From Chrysomallon squamiferum (taxonomy: Eukaryota; Animalia; Mollusca): a stretch of 64,000 nucleotides of DNA. Below are positions 28,701 to 43,372 of the stretch, one piece after another. Where the stretch lies: the NCBI GenBank assembly GCA_012295275.1, contig CM022667.1:22408595-22472594 (forward strand). Direction: 5' to 3'. The notes below the pieces were generated by a model, which was not told the origin of the DNA, ran no database searches, and worked only from the letters and a program-made list of their open reading frames with translations. Position numbers and translations under genes: made by a program. How positions within the stretch are numbered: the first letter of the stretch is position 1; each line of letters starts with the position of its first letter.

Positions 28701-31700
28701 GTTACTACTACTAGTACTACTAATAATACTATTTCTATGATGATGGTATTATATAATTATAATAATAATAATAATTATTATTATTATAGATTGATAATTA
28801 TCCTATATTTTAAAATTATTAATTTGTAATTTTAAAAATTCTATTTGTAATTTAATCAATAAATACTGTTGTTGTGTGCTGTTGCTGTGAAATAATTAGA
28901 GAACATTATATTTTAATTAGTGGTATCTAGGTTCAGAATTTAAATACCTTTACATTTAGAGAAATTAATGTATTTAATATTTTCAGTTTTTTGCAGAAGG
29001 TAATCTTTTCTTTTTTTACTATTTTTTTCCTACCATGTTTTATAAAACAATAATTTTATTATTAAAGCTGTGAGGAAAAGACCTCACACAGCCTCTGTTG
29101 TTGTGAATGTTGGAGGAAATGCTACATTTGATGTAATCTTCAGTCCTGTTGCAACTCAGCGCTTCCAGGCTCATATTCGCTTAAGTGTCGTAGATAATCA
29201 GTATGAGGATTCAGTCATTCAGCTGGTTGGGGAAGGGTATGAAGATGACATCACATTGGACAAAATACACAGCATCATCGGCAGACTTGATCCAGAGACT
29301 GAGGAAGGAAGTATGGCTGATGATGATGTTGCAGGTAAGGAATAAGAAATAACATTTGCTGACATTAGGATAAGTTTCTGTTTGCTATTCAGCTGTTTCA
29401 TGTTAATGCTCAATGTAATAGGGGATATTGGGACTGAAGAAGATGGGGACCTTTGCGCCACCCCATAACTGTCTGACAGCAAAATGGTAGTGTCACATAT
29501 CCCCCATTCATGCAACTACTTTACATGTGACCGTCACTCATCAGTTAAAAAGTAAGTTTTTGACCACCTTGAATAATTTTTGGGGTTTTGTTTACAGTTT
29601 AATATAGAACTGATAATACATATTTCATAGACCTGTAAAGGTTTGTGTTTTTGTTAGATTTTCTTTTGACTTCTAAATAAAGTTTTAGTTGATCAACTAT
29701 GTGGTTCTCTGGTACACTGGGCTAACAAAGTGAACCATTTTTGTGGTAGATAATTAATTACTGTATTACTTTTATTCTGGATAGACAAGGTGGCTGTATC
29801 TGCTATAAAAAGAATGCCTAGAAATAAAGAACAGAAGACAAACAGAGGTAGATTTGATTTGGGTGTCCTTGCTAAACCTGTTGTGCAAACTATCAAAAGG
29901 CAGAAGGAATCATACAATTCAATGGCAATTTTGATGGGTTGAATTCAGTATTAGTTTGGGAATTTTGAAACGACAGCGAAACCATGGAGACTGAGTCAGT
30001 AGCATGATATGCCCTAATCTGAGGCATCACGGACCCTGTTACATAAATTACAATGATGTTGTTGAAGGCAGCCAGTCAAACTGCATATTGTAATTGAGAG
30101 CAATAATGCCTCTATAAGCATCAAACTTTTTCAGTCAACAACTATTAAGGTTTGGGTGAAATGACCAAGTATCTTAAAAATGGCTTATTATTAATCAGTC
30201 CCCAGTTTCCCCTTAATGTTAGTATTCTGTTTTCAACACTGCATTATTTTTATTATTAACTACTTTAGAATTAATAGACTGTATCTTTATTCTTATAAGT
30301 TATTAATATCCAGTATCAGTTCAGTAACAATTTTTTTTTTTTTTTGCAGCTGCTAAGCCAAATTTAATCAGATTTGGAGACTGCTACATCAGTGAAACAA
30401 AGACTGTGACCTTTTCAATGACCAATCACTCTAAGACGGACTGTGTGAGATTCCAGTGGCCTGACCACGAACAAATCAGGTTCTGTCCACAAGTTGGCCA
30501 TCTTCACCCAACATGTACCAAAGACTTTTCTATAACATTTAAATCTGAGACACCTCATACTATGATTGAGTATCAGATACATTGTGCTGTTACCAAGATC
30601 ATCTTTGACAAACCTCCTGACCAGGTAAGCTTTTTTTTTCATATTTAATTGCTTCATAAAGTCTGTTAATAGAATATCCACATAAAATTACCATTGTAGT
30701 CTTAACTCATTTACCAGAACACTGTAACATGTCAGTTAAACCTGTCTGATTTCATTAATATCAAATAGATAAATACTTTAGAATTGTGAGTCTAATTATT
30801 TATTTTGTATGTAGATAAATTTTTTTTAATCTTAAACCAATCTTATTTAATTTTCTAATTAAGAACAATGTTTCATAAATAAACAGAAAATTAAGGTTCC
30901 TAAACCTGCGTGAAGAGGTATTTGAAAAGAAAAAGTAATCTTTGTAAGATTTCAGGATGTAATTCATTTTATTTTTATTTTATTTTTTCAATAATTTATG
31001 GAAAGATTCTTTATAATTTATTGAAAAATTAACAATTTAGGAATATTTTGTATACATCTGTAAAACTACAAATGTATATTTGTTGTGCTGTGTAGGTTGT
31101 AGACTGGGATGACAGAATTAGAACAGTCAAATGGGTTGATTGCCCAGGGACACCAGTAGCCACAACTGAAACCAGGTCAGTGTCAGTAAATATATCATTT
31201 AATCTTCTAAATATATATTATAAAATGTGTCCACACTGTATTTCTCAAATCCATCACCCAGAAAATGTACAATTTGTAGAAAAATGATACTAATCATTGA
31301 CATAAATATAGCTTTTTTTGGAAAGTCTTAGATTATAATGCATTTAAAGGCTTACATATTACCAAAAAAAAAATAATATATATATATATAAATTAATATT
31401 TATTTATTTTATTTCAAAGTGGCACAAAGTCACATTCTCCTTCACCCCAGACAATGCGGACATCAAAAAAAAAGGTTATAGAGACTGAGCCAGAGCCAGT
31501 GCACAATGTAGTGCCAGACACAGCTCGCAGTGTTGAGCTTCTGGTGTCTGGAATTGCTGATTACTGCAAGTACAAGTGTAAAGTGGAGTCAATCCATTTC
31601 AAAGACACATTCATGTTTCAGACACGAATTTTCCCGTAGGTCACAATTTTTATAAATGTCATCTATTTTAATTTGTTTATTTTGGTGTTTTTTGTCATTA

Positions 31701-33063
31701 AAACTGTATATTAAATAATGTTAAAAATGTTATTTTACATTTTATTTTTTTTGTTTTAATAATTCTTCTCTGAGTGAATTAGAGTTTGAATATTTTGAAT
31801 AATAAAAGGCAAGTCAAATGAAATAAAATTTAAATATCATATAATTAGAAAAAAAATGTATTATATTAAAAAGCTGAATATTTTTGTAGGATTTTTATTC
31901 ATATCATCATCATCATCGTCATCATCATTATTATTATTATTAATCTTATAATAATATATTTATTATAATTCTTCTTATTATTCTTATTCTTATTAATATT
32001 CTTATTAAAATGTTACATAACTTATTACTGTTGTTCACAGAATTATTTTAAGTAACAAAGGTCAGATACAAATGGAGTATAACTGGCAGGTAGTTATGGA
32101 AAGTTTCACTCCCACAATGCAACGTTCTGTGACTTTCATCTCTCAGGATGAGCGACCAGAATCCAGAGTGGATGTAGTTGATTCCAGTTACATCCCCTTT
32201 TCTGTAGAGCCCTCTTATGGCACTATTCAGACAGGGAAAAAGGCCACCTGTATTGTTAAGTTCTCTCCCTTGGATGTCAGTGACTATGAAGCAAGGCTGC
32301 TTTGTAGGTAAGTCAAATGATTTTAAGGCATTTTATTTTTTTAGGATTTTTGTATAGTAGAAAAAAATGAATAATATATATATATGTATTATGTATGTAC
32401 ATTCATGTGAAAACTGGCCTTTCAGTAAACCCAGACTTCTGTGTAAAGTGGTGTCAGAGAATATTGGTTGCCCCCATCTCTGAGTATTTTCAGGTATAGT
32501 TTGTATTCTATTTATGGTAATCACTGTATACAGTGTATGTCTGTTGAAACTGACTAACACTACAGCAAATAAAGATTCACAATAGCACATTTAAAATTGT
32601 CTGGGTACATGATCATTACTCCCAGCTTGAAAAAAGGTTTAATCCATTTTTTAAAATGAAGTTGAAAACATTAATCCCTAAATCTATTGATCACTGATAA
32701 TTCTTCTGTTGTCTGTAATCCTATTGTAGGCATATGCATGCCCTGTGTTTGAAACATGCATCAGTCTTTTAATTAATGTGCTAAATAACAGAGCCTCTAT
32801 CAAAATGTCAGGAGCCTCTATCAAATTTTTTCATGCAATCATTTATCATGTCATCTCATTTAATTTAATTTGTATACAAGTTTAAATAAACTGTGTTTAT
32901 AGTCAACCTGTAATTACAGTAGTAAACTATAATTTATTAATAAATATGTTGTAAATAATGGAAGTCCACTAGCCAACTGTCAACTGTGTTCATGTAATTG
33001 TTGGACAAAATGGAGGTAAAATGTATTGACACTTTCAACTTCCAAGTGATATATTTAAAACAA

Positions 33064-33100
<37 letters not shown>

Positions 33101-36100
33101 CAAAATGAATAAAGCTTAGAAAAAAAAAGAAAAAAAAGAAGGTGACTTAGAATTTTCAGTGGGTTAAAAGAAATGTGAAGTTTTGGACAAAAGGGTGAGT
33201 AACTTAGCCTATATCATCCCCTTGCATCCCCTTGCATGAAGACAAACAATATTAGACATTCTAAAATTAGTGATAATTATCAGCAATTCTACAAAACCAA
33301 CATTTTTGCAGAGAGTAACAACTAGCAAATTCAAAAATCTGAATGGAAATTCTTAAAATTATAAAACAAATAACACCAATTAAAACAACAATTGTTAATC
33401 ATGGAGGCATGACAGAGGAACTTGCTTTGGGGAGATATATTAAAAAGGTGAAGTCATCAGTGGCAGACTATTTCTCAGCTGACATTTGATAGACGTTTTA
33501 ATGTTTATAAACCAGCACTCAGTCTAAAACAGCCTGTTTCTTTGGTCCCAGGTGAATTCCGTTTTGATAGAGACCACTTTGTGTGCATGTGAGTGTGTGT
33601 GTGTCAGTGGTGTTCATTATTTAATTACAAAGATTTGACTTTGAGTAATTTAACATTCAAATTCCAGCTCAGATAATCCATGTTAACATTTTAAATTTTG
33701 TATGTATAATTTACTTTAATATAATCAGTTTGGTAACCTGATAAAATGTACAGATATTGTGTTTTATCATAGATGTTGTATGTAGATGTTGTTTTATAAA
33801 TATGTGTTTGTGTATGTGTCAAAGTTGTTTATTATGCCAGAATCCTCATTTAAACAAGCAGTGCATGAAAAGAAATACAAATGAGAAATGGCTTTTGAAT
33901 TTTTTTTCCAAAAAAATAATAAATCATTATAAATTTCTTATAAAATAATACATATATTAAATTTGTGATTTAACAAATCTGCTTTAATGTTGGGTGAAAA
34001 TATAAACTGATTAATTTCAAATATATTGTGATATGAACTTAAAAAACCAAAATATTTATTATTTTCTAATATCATTCAGCATCCCTAACCTAGAAGAGGC
34101 TGACCAGGGTCCAGTTGTTGGCATAAAAGCCTGTAGTCTGATGCCATACTGTCACTTTGAGCTGGAGGACTCTGACTATATCACAGGAGCTCGTAGGAAC
34201 CCTGAACTCAGAGGACCTGGGGGTGCTCCACCAGGATCAACCCTTGACCCCAATACTCGTGTTTTAGAGTTCAGCTGTGTTGGTATTTCTGTTAGGACTG
34301 TAAGGTAAAAATATATATTTATTTATCTTGACTATTTCCTCCAGTTAAATGTATATCAAACTTTTACTTGTCTTTACCTTTGTTTTGATAAATAACCTGA
34401 TTACAACTCAGTTATAAATGAAAATTGTTCTGAGCCAAATCAAAATAAATAATTTTGAGGAATTTGAATGTGCCATTTTTGTTAGATTTCAATTATTTTT
34501 TGAAAGCTATGTCTTTGTCAGGTTATGCATATAACTTCTAAATTTTTAAAGAAATGTTAAGATATCACAAACAGAATATTAATGACTAAGAATTAATCCA
34601 TTATATAATCATTTTATTCTGTCATAATAACGGTAATTGTCATGCTTAATTCTGTTTAGTTAATAATAAGGACTTCATATTACAGTATAAAAAATCACTT
34701 ATTTTTGGTTTCAAATATTTTAGGGAATTTGGTATTGTGAATCCTACAAATCAGGTTTACAAGTTTGAATGGATTTGTCTTGATGAAATGGATCCCAAGT
34801 CTCTTTCAAGTTTCCAGTGCCTCCATCCTAAAGGAGAAATCAAAAGTGGCAGAAAGTTCAGGGTAAAATAAAAATAAGCCTTTTTTAACCATTATTGTAT
34901 AAACACTCTTTGATAATGCACACAGTTAGAAGAAGTGTTTATGTTATACTTATTTTAAAGTCTGGAAATTACTATATCAAATTTTACAACAATCCTCTTT
35001 ACCCCATTTGTTTTTGAAATTCATATTTAAATAAATATATAGAATTAACTTTTTTAAATTTTTGCTAGGCTGCTTTTGAGTTTGTCTCTAGCAAGACTGA
35101 GCTGGTTGAGTCATTCTGGGAATTTGTGATTCTGGAACAAAACATAAAAGTTCCATTCCTCCTAGTAGGAAACATGAGTGAACCAAAGGTAATGCTGGAC
35201 AGATCTCATCTGAGTTTTAAACCACTTCTGATAGGCAGACAGACAACAGAGACTGTGTACCTCATTAACAAAGAGATGATTCCATTCAATTTCTCGTTTG
35301 TTGAAGATTCTTGTCATGCTGAGGGATACTCCACACACATCAATGTTGATCCCATGTTTGGGACACTGGAACCTCAGTCAAAGTAAGAATATAGAAGTCT
35401 TATCACTATAATATAGATTTATTTATAACAATTGGTATGTAGATTTTACTAATCTTAATTTTAAATATGAAGTTAGTTTTACAGAACAAAGAGTAAAAGG
35501 ATTTATTAAAATAATTATTGTTATTGTGAAGAATAAATAAGGCAGCCAATAAAAAGTTAAATTTGAAGATTACTACAGCAAAGGTTTAAAAAAAATAATA
35601 ATACAGTGCATTGCAAATTCAACTAATCACAAACTTCAGGTTAATTAATTCACAAAATCGATTTAAAAGCATTGCTAACAAAAAAAATAAAAATAAAAAT
35701 AAAAAATAAAATAAAATAAAATAAATTCAATAAATAAATAAAATTTAAAAAAGTTCATCAATCTAAATCCTTCACACAAATGCCTGTTTGATACAATTAT
35801 ACTTCAGTTCACAACTCTTACTGCATTAATATATTATATATAACTTATAATCTATAGATAGTACACAAATTTTACTTTTTAAATCATTTACACAAAGTTC
35901 ATAAACTGTTTAAATAGTCAACAAATTTTGCTATTTAAAAACTTTACATAAAATTTATATAATTAATTCAGTTTTTAAATACAATTTTTTTTTTCAAATA
36001 TAAGGATTTCTCTGTTCAAAAGTAGTGATCAACAGTGTACAAAGATTTTTTTACAAGATTTGTTTGTTATAAAAATGTTGATTTTTCCCTCTTTGTCAAT

Positions 36101-39100
36101 TAGACTTGCTGTGAATTTGTTGTTTTCTCCAAACACTGAGAAGGAAGTGAATTTCAACCTTATTTGTACAATAAAGAAGAAATTCCACCCACTCATCTTG
36201 AATGTCAAGGCTGAGGGCTACTCGATGAACTCTGCTGTGTTCTGTGAGGATGCCTTGGGAAGAAGTACTGAACTGACAGATCAGGGCATCAATGAGATCA
36301 ACTTTGGAGAGGTATCTATTTCAATTTCATTATTTAATTTTTTTCAGCTGTTTATAATATTATTGTTTTATGTTCTGATTTATTATGAAACCTGAATCAG
36401 TAAAAATCAGATAATCTCTCTGTTTAGAAAAATGGTATTTGATTTCTGTTAACATAATAGTTTTAAAATAAATTCAGAAGATATTTTACAGTCATCAATA
36501 CAAAACTGAACTTAATGACATTGGATAAAATGATAAACAGATGTTCACTTTTTAATAATATATGTGTCTCTATTTCAAATTTCTTATTGTTAAAAAAGAA
36601 AAGAAAAGAAAAGAAATGTAAATAAAATAAAAATTAATATAAAACTAATTATTTTAAAATTATTTCAGGTTGAAATTAATGAAGAAGCCATTAGGAACAT
36701 GTTTGTGATAAATTCTGGCAAGTTTAACTTTGACTTCAAGTGGGAGTTGTCAGAACATTACAAAAAGAAGGGAGTCGTTACCATTGAGCCAGGTGATGGT
36801 GGAGTAATGCATGGAGAAAAACAGAAGTGCAAACTTTCATTTTGTCCACCAAACCAGCTTTCTCTTAAAGGCTGTGAACTCAACTTGAAAGTGAGTAAAT
36901 GTTTAATTTTACAACTGCCTTTTCTTTATTTATATTTATTGTTTTCTTGGGTTGATTTAGGGATTTTGTTTTTCAATTGTCTGTTATTTTATTTTATTTT
37001 TAAATTTCTTGCTATCATTTTATTTTTGGAGATTTTTGTTTTTACACTCATAGATAGTGATTAATTTTAAACATCTCAACACAAAAATATAAACAAAAAT
37101 TAAATTTTTTATATAACATGATGAATGTGGATGGTTAACTTGTAAAATATAACTTATCTTGAAATCAATATTAGGGCAAGATGAAACTCAAATGAATTTT
37201 TGAATTTGCAGGAGATCCATTAAATATTTTGTTTTGGAAGTGTTTTAAAATTCACATTTTTGCAGTACATATTTATGAAATGTATTACTAGTCATATGTA
37301 TGTAATATACTTTATTTATGAAATGTATTGCTAGTCATATGTATGTAATATACTTTATTTATGAAATGTATTGCTAGTCATATGTATGTAATATACTTTA
37401 TTTATGAAGTGTATTATAAACTGTATTTAGATTTCCAATGGACCTACATACAACATGAGGTTAGTTGGTCTTGGCGTGATGCCAGGCTTACATTTCTCCT
37501 ATCACAGTTACAAATTTGGAAATTGTTTCATACACCGAGCAGGAATGCCTGTCCACTCCACTGTCTTGAGAATCACCAACAAGGACAAGAAAGAAATTAG
37601 GTATGTTTTTAAATTTCTTGAAAATTAATAATTAACAATTACTTAAAAATTTTACATCAAAATTGGAATTATCCTCTTTTTTGGTTTAAATTTGTATTAT
37701 TTATATCCACCAATTAAACTATTGGTATTTATTTATTAGTATTTTGTAATTTACAATTAATTTTTTTTCCCCACTGAGTTTTAATAATTATTATTAATGC
37801 TGTTGTTACTGTGGGTTTTTTAAAAAGATTTTGATTGTTATTACTTTATTATTATTATTGTTATTATTGTTTTGGAGGGTTTTTTGTTTGATATTTGTTA
37901 GATGTATTTTCTTATTTATTTTCTGTGTAGATTTTACTGTAATTGTGCCTGTGATTATTATTTACATTTTCTAAAATTTATTTTAGTCTTGATTGTCTCT
38001 ATGAGCCAACAAACCACCTGTACCATACATTCGAAGCTGGAGTTATTGCTCCTAGTAGTTTTATGGATGTGACCTTTACCTTTTACCCAAGAGAAGCCAA
38101 AAAATATCATGATATAGTCACCTTTGAAATCAATGGCCTGTCAAAGCAAAGCATTGAGTTCTTTGGAACAGGAACAGAAATGAAGGTATGGATTACAGTT
38201 AATACAAATACTAAAAAGTAAAACAAAATCTAACAGCCATCTCAAAAACAGTTAGATATCTAGAACAATTATATCTATCCCTGTTTACCCTAAACCTAAC
38301 CATGATTGGAGCTCTAAGTCTCACCCTATGCAAATTATATTCCCAGTCAGCAGTTTTGCATATCTGTGTGTATTTATGTGTGTATGTACTATTGTGCATC
38401 ATGTGTGGGTGTTTTTTATTCAGTATCTAAATAACTGACAATTCAGAATAATGTATGTTAACAAACTTCCATGTATTTATAAACTAATAATTATTTTACA
38501 GATTGAGGTAGCTGATCCAGAGAACAAGGTAGTTAACTTAGGATCTCATTATGTTGGTGATGTTGTCAGGAAATTCATCCCTATTGTGAACAACAGCCCT
38601 GCACCAATCAGCTTCAACCTGTCTGTTACACCAGCATCAACAGCACTGCAGGACCTCACAGTGTTGTCTGTGCTGCCTGCAACAACCATAAAACTAGCAC
38701 CAAAAGGTGGAGCAACAAAAGTAGAAGTGAATTTCAAACCAAAGTCCAGGATCCCACCATTTACAGAGGAAGTAAGTCATCGTTTGTTTTTGATCATTTA
38801 TAAATAAAATTTGAATTATTTCAGTTTATGAATATTTCAGTTATTTGAATTACTGTGAAATTTCTGTTGTTTATTTGAATAATACTTGCATTATGTTATT
38901 TGACTGAATAAAATATTATGGAGATTTAGTTGGATCATTGATCTATTTGTATCGAAATAGACATACTACTTAAATATAGCGTACATGAGAAATATTAGAA
39001 TTATTTAAATTCACTAAATAAATCATTTAGAAAATAAAAGTGAAATAAGATCTGATGTATAAAAATGTATGCCTTGATAAATTAGAGCACCTTTGTTGTT

Positions 39101-42100
39101 GTTATTAATATTATTATTATTATTATTATTATTGCTGCTGCTGTTGTTATTGTTGTCCTTGTTTACAGCATCGTAATCATTATTGATATTTATTCACTGT
39201 ATTTATTTATATTATTTCATTAGTTTTTATTTATATCATTATTAATTTATTTTTATTCTCAGGTATTCCTGGAATGTGCTGGTCTGTACCAGCCACTGTT
39301 TCTGATCAAAGGTTTGTGTTTGGGAATGGAGATAACTCTAGATTCTAATGCTATTCCATTTGGAGCTGTGGTTCAGAGAAGTCAGAGTTCAAGAAAACTG
39401 GTGATGAGCAACACAGGAGACATGAATGCAAAGTCAGTCACTTTTCTTAACTGTCATTTAGATTATTAAATTTATTATGATCAGTAAAATTCATTATTAA
39501 TGCTAATCAGTACTTTTCATGTGGATGCATACATTCTTTCAGATATGTGTTTGCATGCATGTGTGTTTGGACATGGGAGAGAGTTTAAAATTAGTTTTCT
39601 TTTTAAATTATTTCATTTAAGTTTTTAATCTACTTCTAAATAAAATCAGCTTTCAGTAAGTCTGAAATACTTTTTCTTCTTCTTATTATTATTTAGCTAT
39701 TTTTTTTTGTTATTATATTTAGGTTTCGATGGGACATAAAGAAATTTGCACCCGATTTTTCAATCTACCCTGTGGAGGGTTACATCACATCTGGCATGGA
39801 GGTCACTTTTGATGTTACATTTCATCCACAGGAAATAAATCAAGATATCAGATATGAGGCAAAGCATCAACTATTTGTTAATAATTTTAAATAATATCAT
39901 AAACACTTTTGAATTTATTTATTTGGCAATTTTTTTCTTTCTTTTTTTAATTATTATTATTGCTGTTGTTCTTTTTTATTTTTTTTTTATTTCATGAAAT
40001 AATAATTATCTACTAATAAAAACAAATATCCATAAATACTATTTTTTATATTTTTGTTTTGGGAAATGACTTATAATGTTGATAATGATGAATTTAAATT
40101 TAAATTTTAATTTATTATGTTATTTGTTTTGTCTAGAAACTGCAATGTTTCTTGGAAGGTGGAACACACAGATCTGTGACCTTGACCTTGACAGGCATGT
40201 GTACTAGTGTACCTCCAGTGAAGGAGATTCAACATTTTTCTACTCATGTTCGAAACAAAGATGTGAAGCTGATTTCTATACCAAACCGGACAAATCAAAC
40301 ATGGCAGCTTCGTCCAGTGATTGATGGAGAACACTGGACAGGTCCAGTAACTCTGACTGTTGAACCTCAGCAAACAAAACAGTATGAACTGACTTACAAA
40401 CCTCTCACAATGACTGCTGAAAATAAAAAACATCAGGTAAAATCAGCATTGTGTACCCCACTTCAGTGTTTAAAAGGATTTTTATGTTGAAGTTATTAAA
40501 ACATTGTTTTATTGTTAAATGGTTAAGATAAATATTATATAAATCCACATGTGATAATAATAAGAAGAACACTTAACAAACAGAAATTTAAATGAAAAAT
40601 AATAATATAAGTAATAACAAAAATAATAATTTCTCACAAAACTATAACAGTAAAAAAAAAAAAAAAAATAAACTACCGTATATACTTGTGTATAATTCGA
40701 ATTTTTGGGAGACTATATTAAGGTAATATTTTGGGGGTCGACTTATACATAGGTAATGCTTTTGTAGCTGTTGCTGAAGAGTCGCCATTTTGACTATTTT
40801 TTGCTACGGGATGCATCTAAAATAATCGTGGTCTTTCAGCTTTTCAAAAATATAATTTTATCGTATAAAAAATTTTGAAAAATTAAATAACAAAACCAAA
40901 TATGAATGTAAAACATGATATTCTTCCGTTTAATGACATAAAAATACGTTTTAAAGCGAGAAAACCGTCAGTACGGCGTTATGCCTTACGGCGTCTTGCA
41001 ATGATTTAGGCTATAGCTCGTGTAATACATGCATTTACGTTATTATGGTATGTTCGTGCAAGTTATGTTACAGTAGGCGTACAATGTAGGCCTTCATGGC
41101 ACTGTCACACTGGTCTAAAAATAGTGACGGTGCCTGGAATCTACAGTCGACTTATACACAAGTAATACCTAAAATGACGCAATTTTTGGTCTTAAAATAC
41201 ACATCGACTTATACATAAGGTCGCCTTGTACACAAGTATATACGGTATTTGTTTTTCACACTAACAAATTAAGATATATTTTAAAAAAAAGAATAAGGTA
41301 AAACATTTTTTGAAAAATATATTAATTGTAATAACAATTGCAATGGTAATAATCCTTACATAACCTATTGGAAATTAATTTTTGCTGTAGTTATTCTAAG
41401 TTGTGATACGATTTATATTTTTCAGGGATCTATTTTCTTCCCATTACCAGATGGAACAGGACTTCTGTATAATTTGACAGGAAGTGCTGAACCTCCTAAA
41501 CCAAGTGGAAGGATACAGAGAGATATTCCTTGTAAAACGACATATGTGGAACTGATGCAAGTTCAAAACTGGCTGAAGAAACCACAGAGGTATTTTTCAT
41601 CAATACCAAAATAATGTCCATATTTCTTCCTTTGTTTATTTTATTGTTTTTTATTTAATTTACTTCTTATATTGTATTTTGCTCTAAAATTATTTTCAAA
41701 ATAATATTATTAATATTTTAAAGTATAAATCATTACAGTAATAATATTTACAAAAAAGTTTAAACTGTTACTGACGATAATACATCAAAGGAATACAGAT
41801 ATCACTTGATATAGCTTTCAAGATTATTAATTTAATTGTTAACTAACATTTGTCATTTTTAATGTTGAGGTTCCGAGTGAAAACTGAACCTGTGAAAGCA
41901 GATAAGCTGGAGCCTGGTACAGTTGTGAAAGGAATGGAATTTATTGATGTTCCAGCAAGTGGTAAGAAAGATTACAAACTGACTTACTATGCCTACAAAG
42001 AGGGAACAACATCTCTAAAGGTAAGAAATTAATAAGCATCACTTTAAGACCATACAAAATGATTAGGAAAGCAATAAATAAAACCAGTTAATATCATGTC

Positions 42101-43335
42101 ATTATAATAAATTCAAAAAGAATAGTCATAATAGTGAAATTATATCTTTAATGAGATACATTTATTACCAAAAGTGAGTTGATATTTTAAACATAAACCA
42201 TAGAGAGCTGAAAATATAAATGTCATTGCTTCTCTGGCAGGCAGGTACCATCATGTGTGTAATTAAAATAAATATGACAATACATTTTTTATTTTATAAT
42301 CTGCCTGCAGTAATAGAAATTCAACAAATTCAACTGGGCATTAATTTAAATTTTAAAATTATTTTACAGGTCACTTTCACCAATGAACAGACAGGAGAAT
42401 ATCAGTTTTATGAACTGACATTACGAGCCACAAAACCTGGAGTTATAGATACAATAGAATTGTCTACTCCCGTTAGACAGACTGTGCCACACACAATTAA
42501 ATTATATAATCCTCTGTCCACTTCTGTTGTATTCACTGCACAGTGCAACATCAGCGAAGTCCTCATGCCTGGCTCTCTGACTGTGTCTGCTGAAACAGAG
42601 GTAACAAAATATGTATTTGTTAAAATTAACAGTAATAATTCACCAATTACAAATTAATATTTAATGGTTTATGGTCTCATACATTCTTAATATATATATA
42701 AATGATATATGTAAATGATATTTAAGTGATTATATTTCATGATTTTTTTTTTGTCACTACGTCTATAATATTATATAAAATAATTTCTTTAATCTTGAAG
42801 AATTATCACTTAAAATTATTTAAGTAGCAAAATCTTATCATTTAAGACATTAAAAACTATTGTTTCTGGTTTCAGGGTCAGCTGACTTTTGAATACCAGC
42901 CTCTTAAAGTTGGAGAAGTGCAAGGACGTTTGGAGTTCAACTGCAATGACCTTGGCCTTTATATGTATGACCTTATACTGAAAGCAACCCCAGCTGGTCC
43001 TGAGAAAGCTCTGTATTTCAGAACAGGCCTTGGACAGAACAACATACAAGTTGCAAAGTTTTATAATTTTGCTAAACAGAAAACAGATTATTCATGCAAG
43101 GTAAGCAAATATTATTAGTTTATTTAAGAGTGGTTTTAAAAAATCAATGGTATGTGCAATTTAAAAAAGACTAACTTGTTATTTTTCCTATGAATATAAT
43201 TATTTATTCTTAAAAGTAATTTATTTCAGTGATAGGAAATATTTTTTACCAAGATAAAAAAAAAAGTTTGATTATTATTAAATCGAAAAATTACTAAATG
43301 CAATTAACACACACACACAGACTGCTTTGTGTGTA

Positions 43336-43372
<37 letters not shown>

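Noticed and set aside
32400-33580. Possible old Tc1/mariner-type MITE(s) in a HYDIN intron
   Set aside because: Only very degenerate terminal similarity; boundaries and family cannot be supported by eye.
37271-37415. CRISPR-like direct repeats
   Set aside because: Units are contiguous with no spacers, in a eukaryotic intron: a minisatellite.
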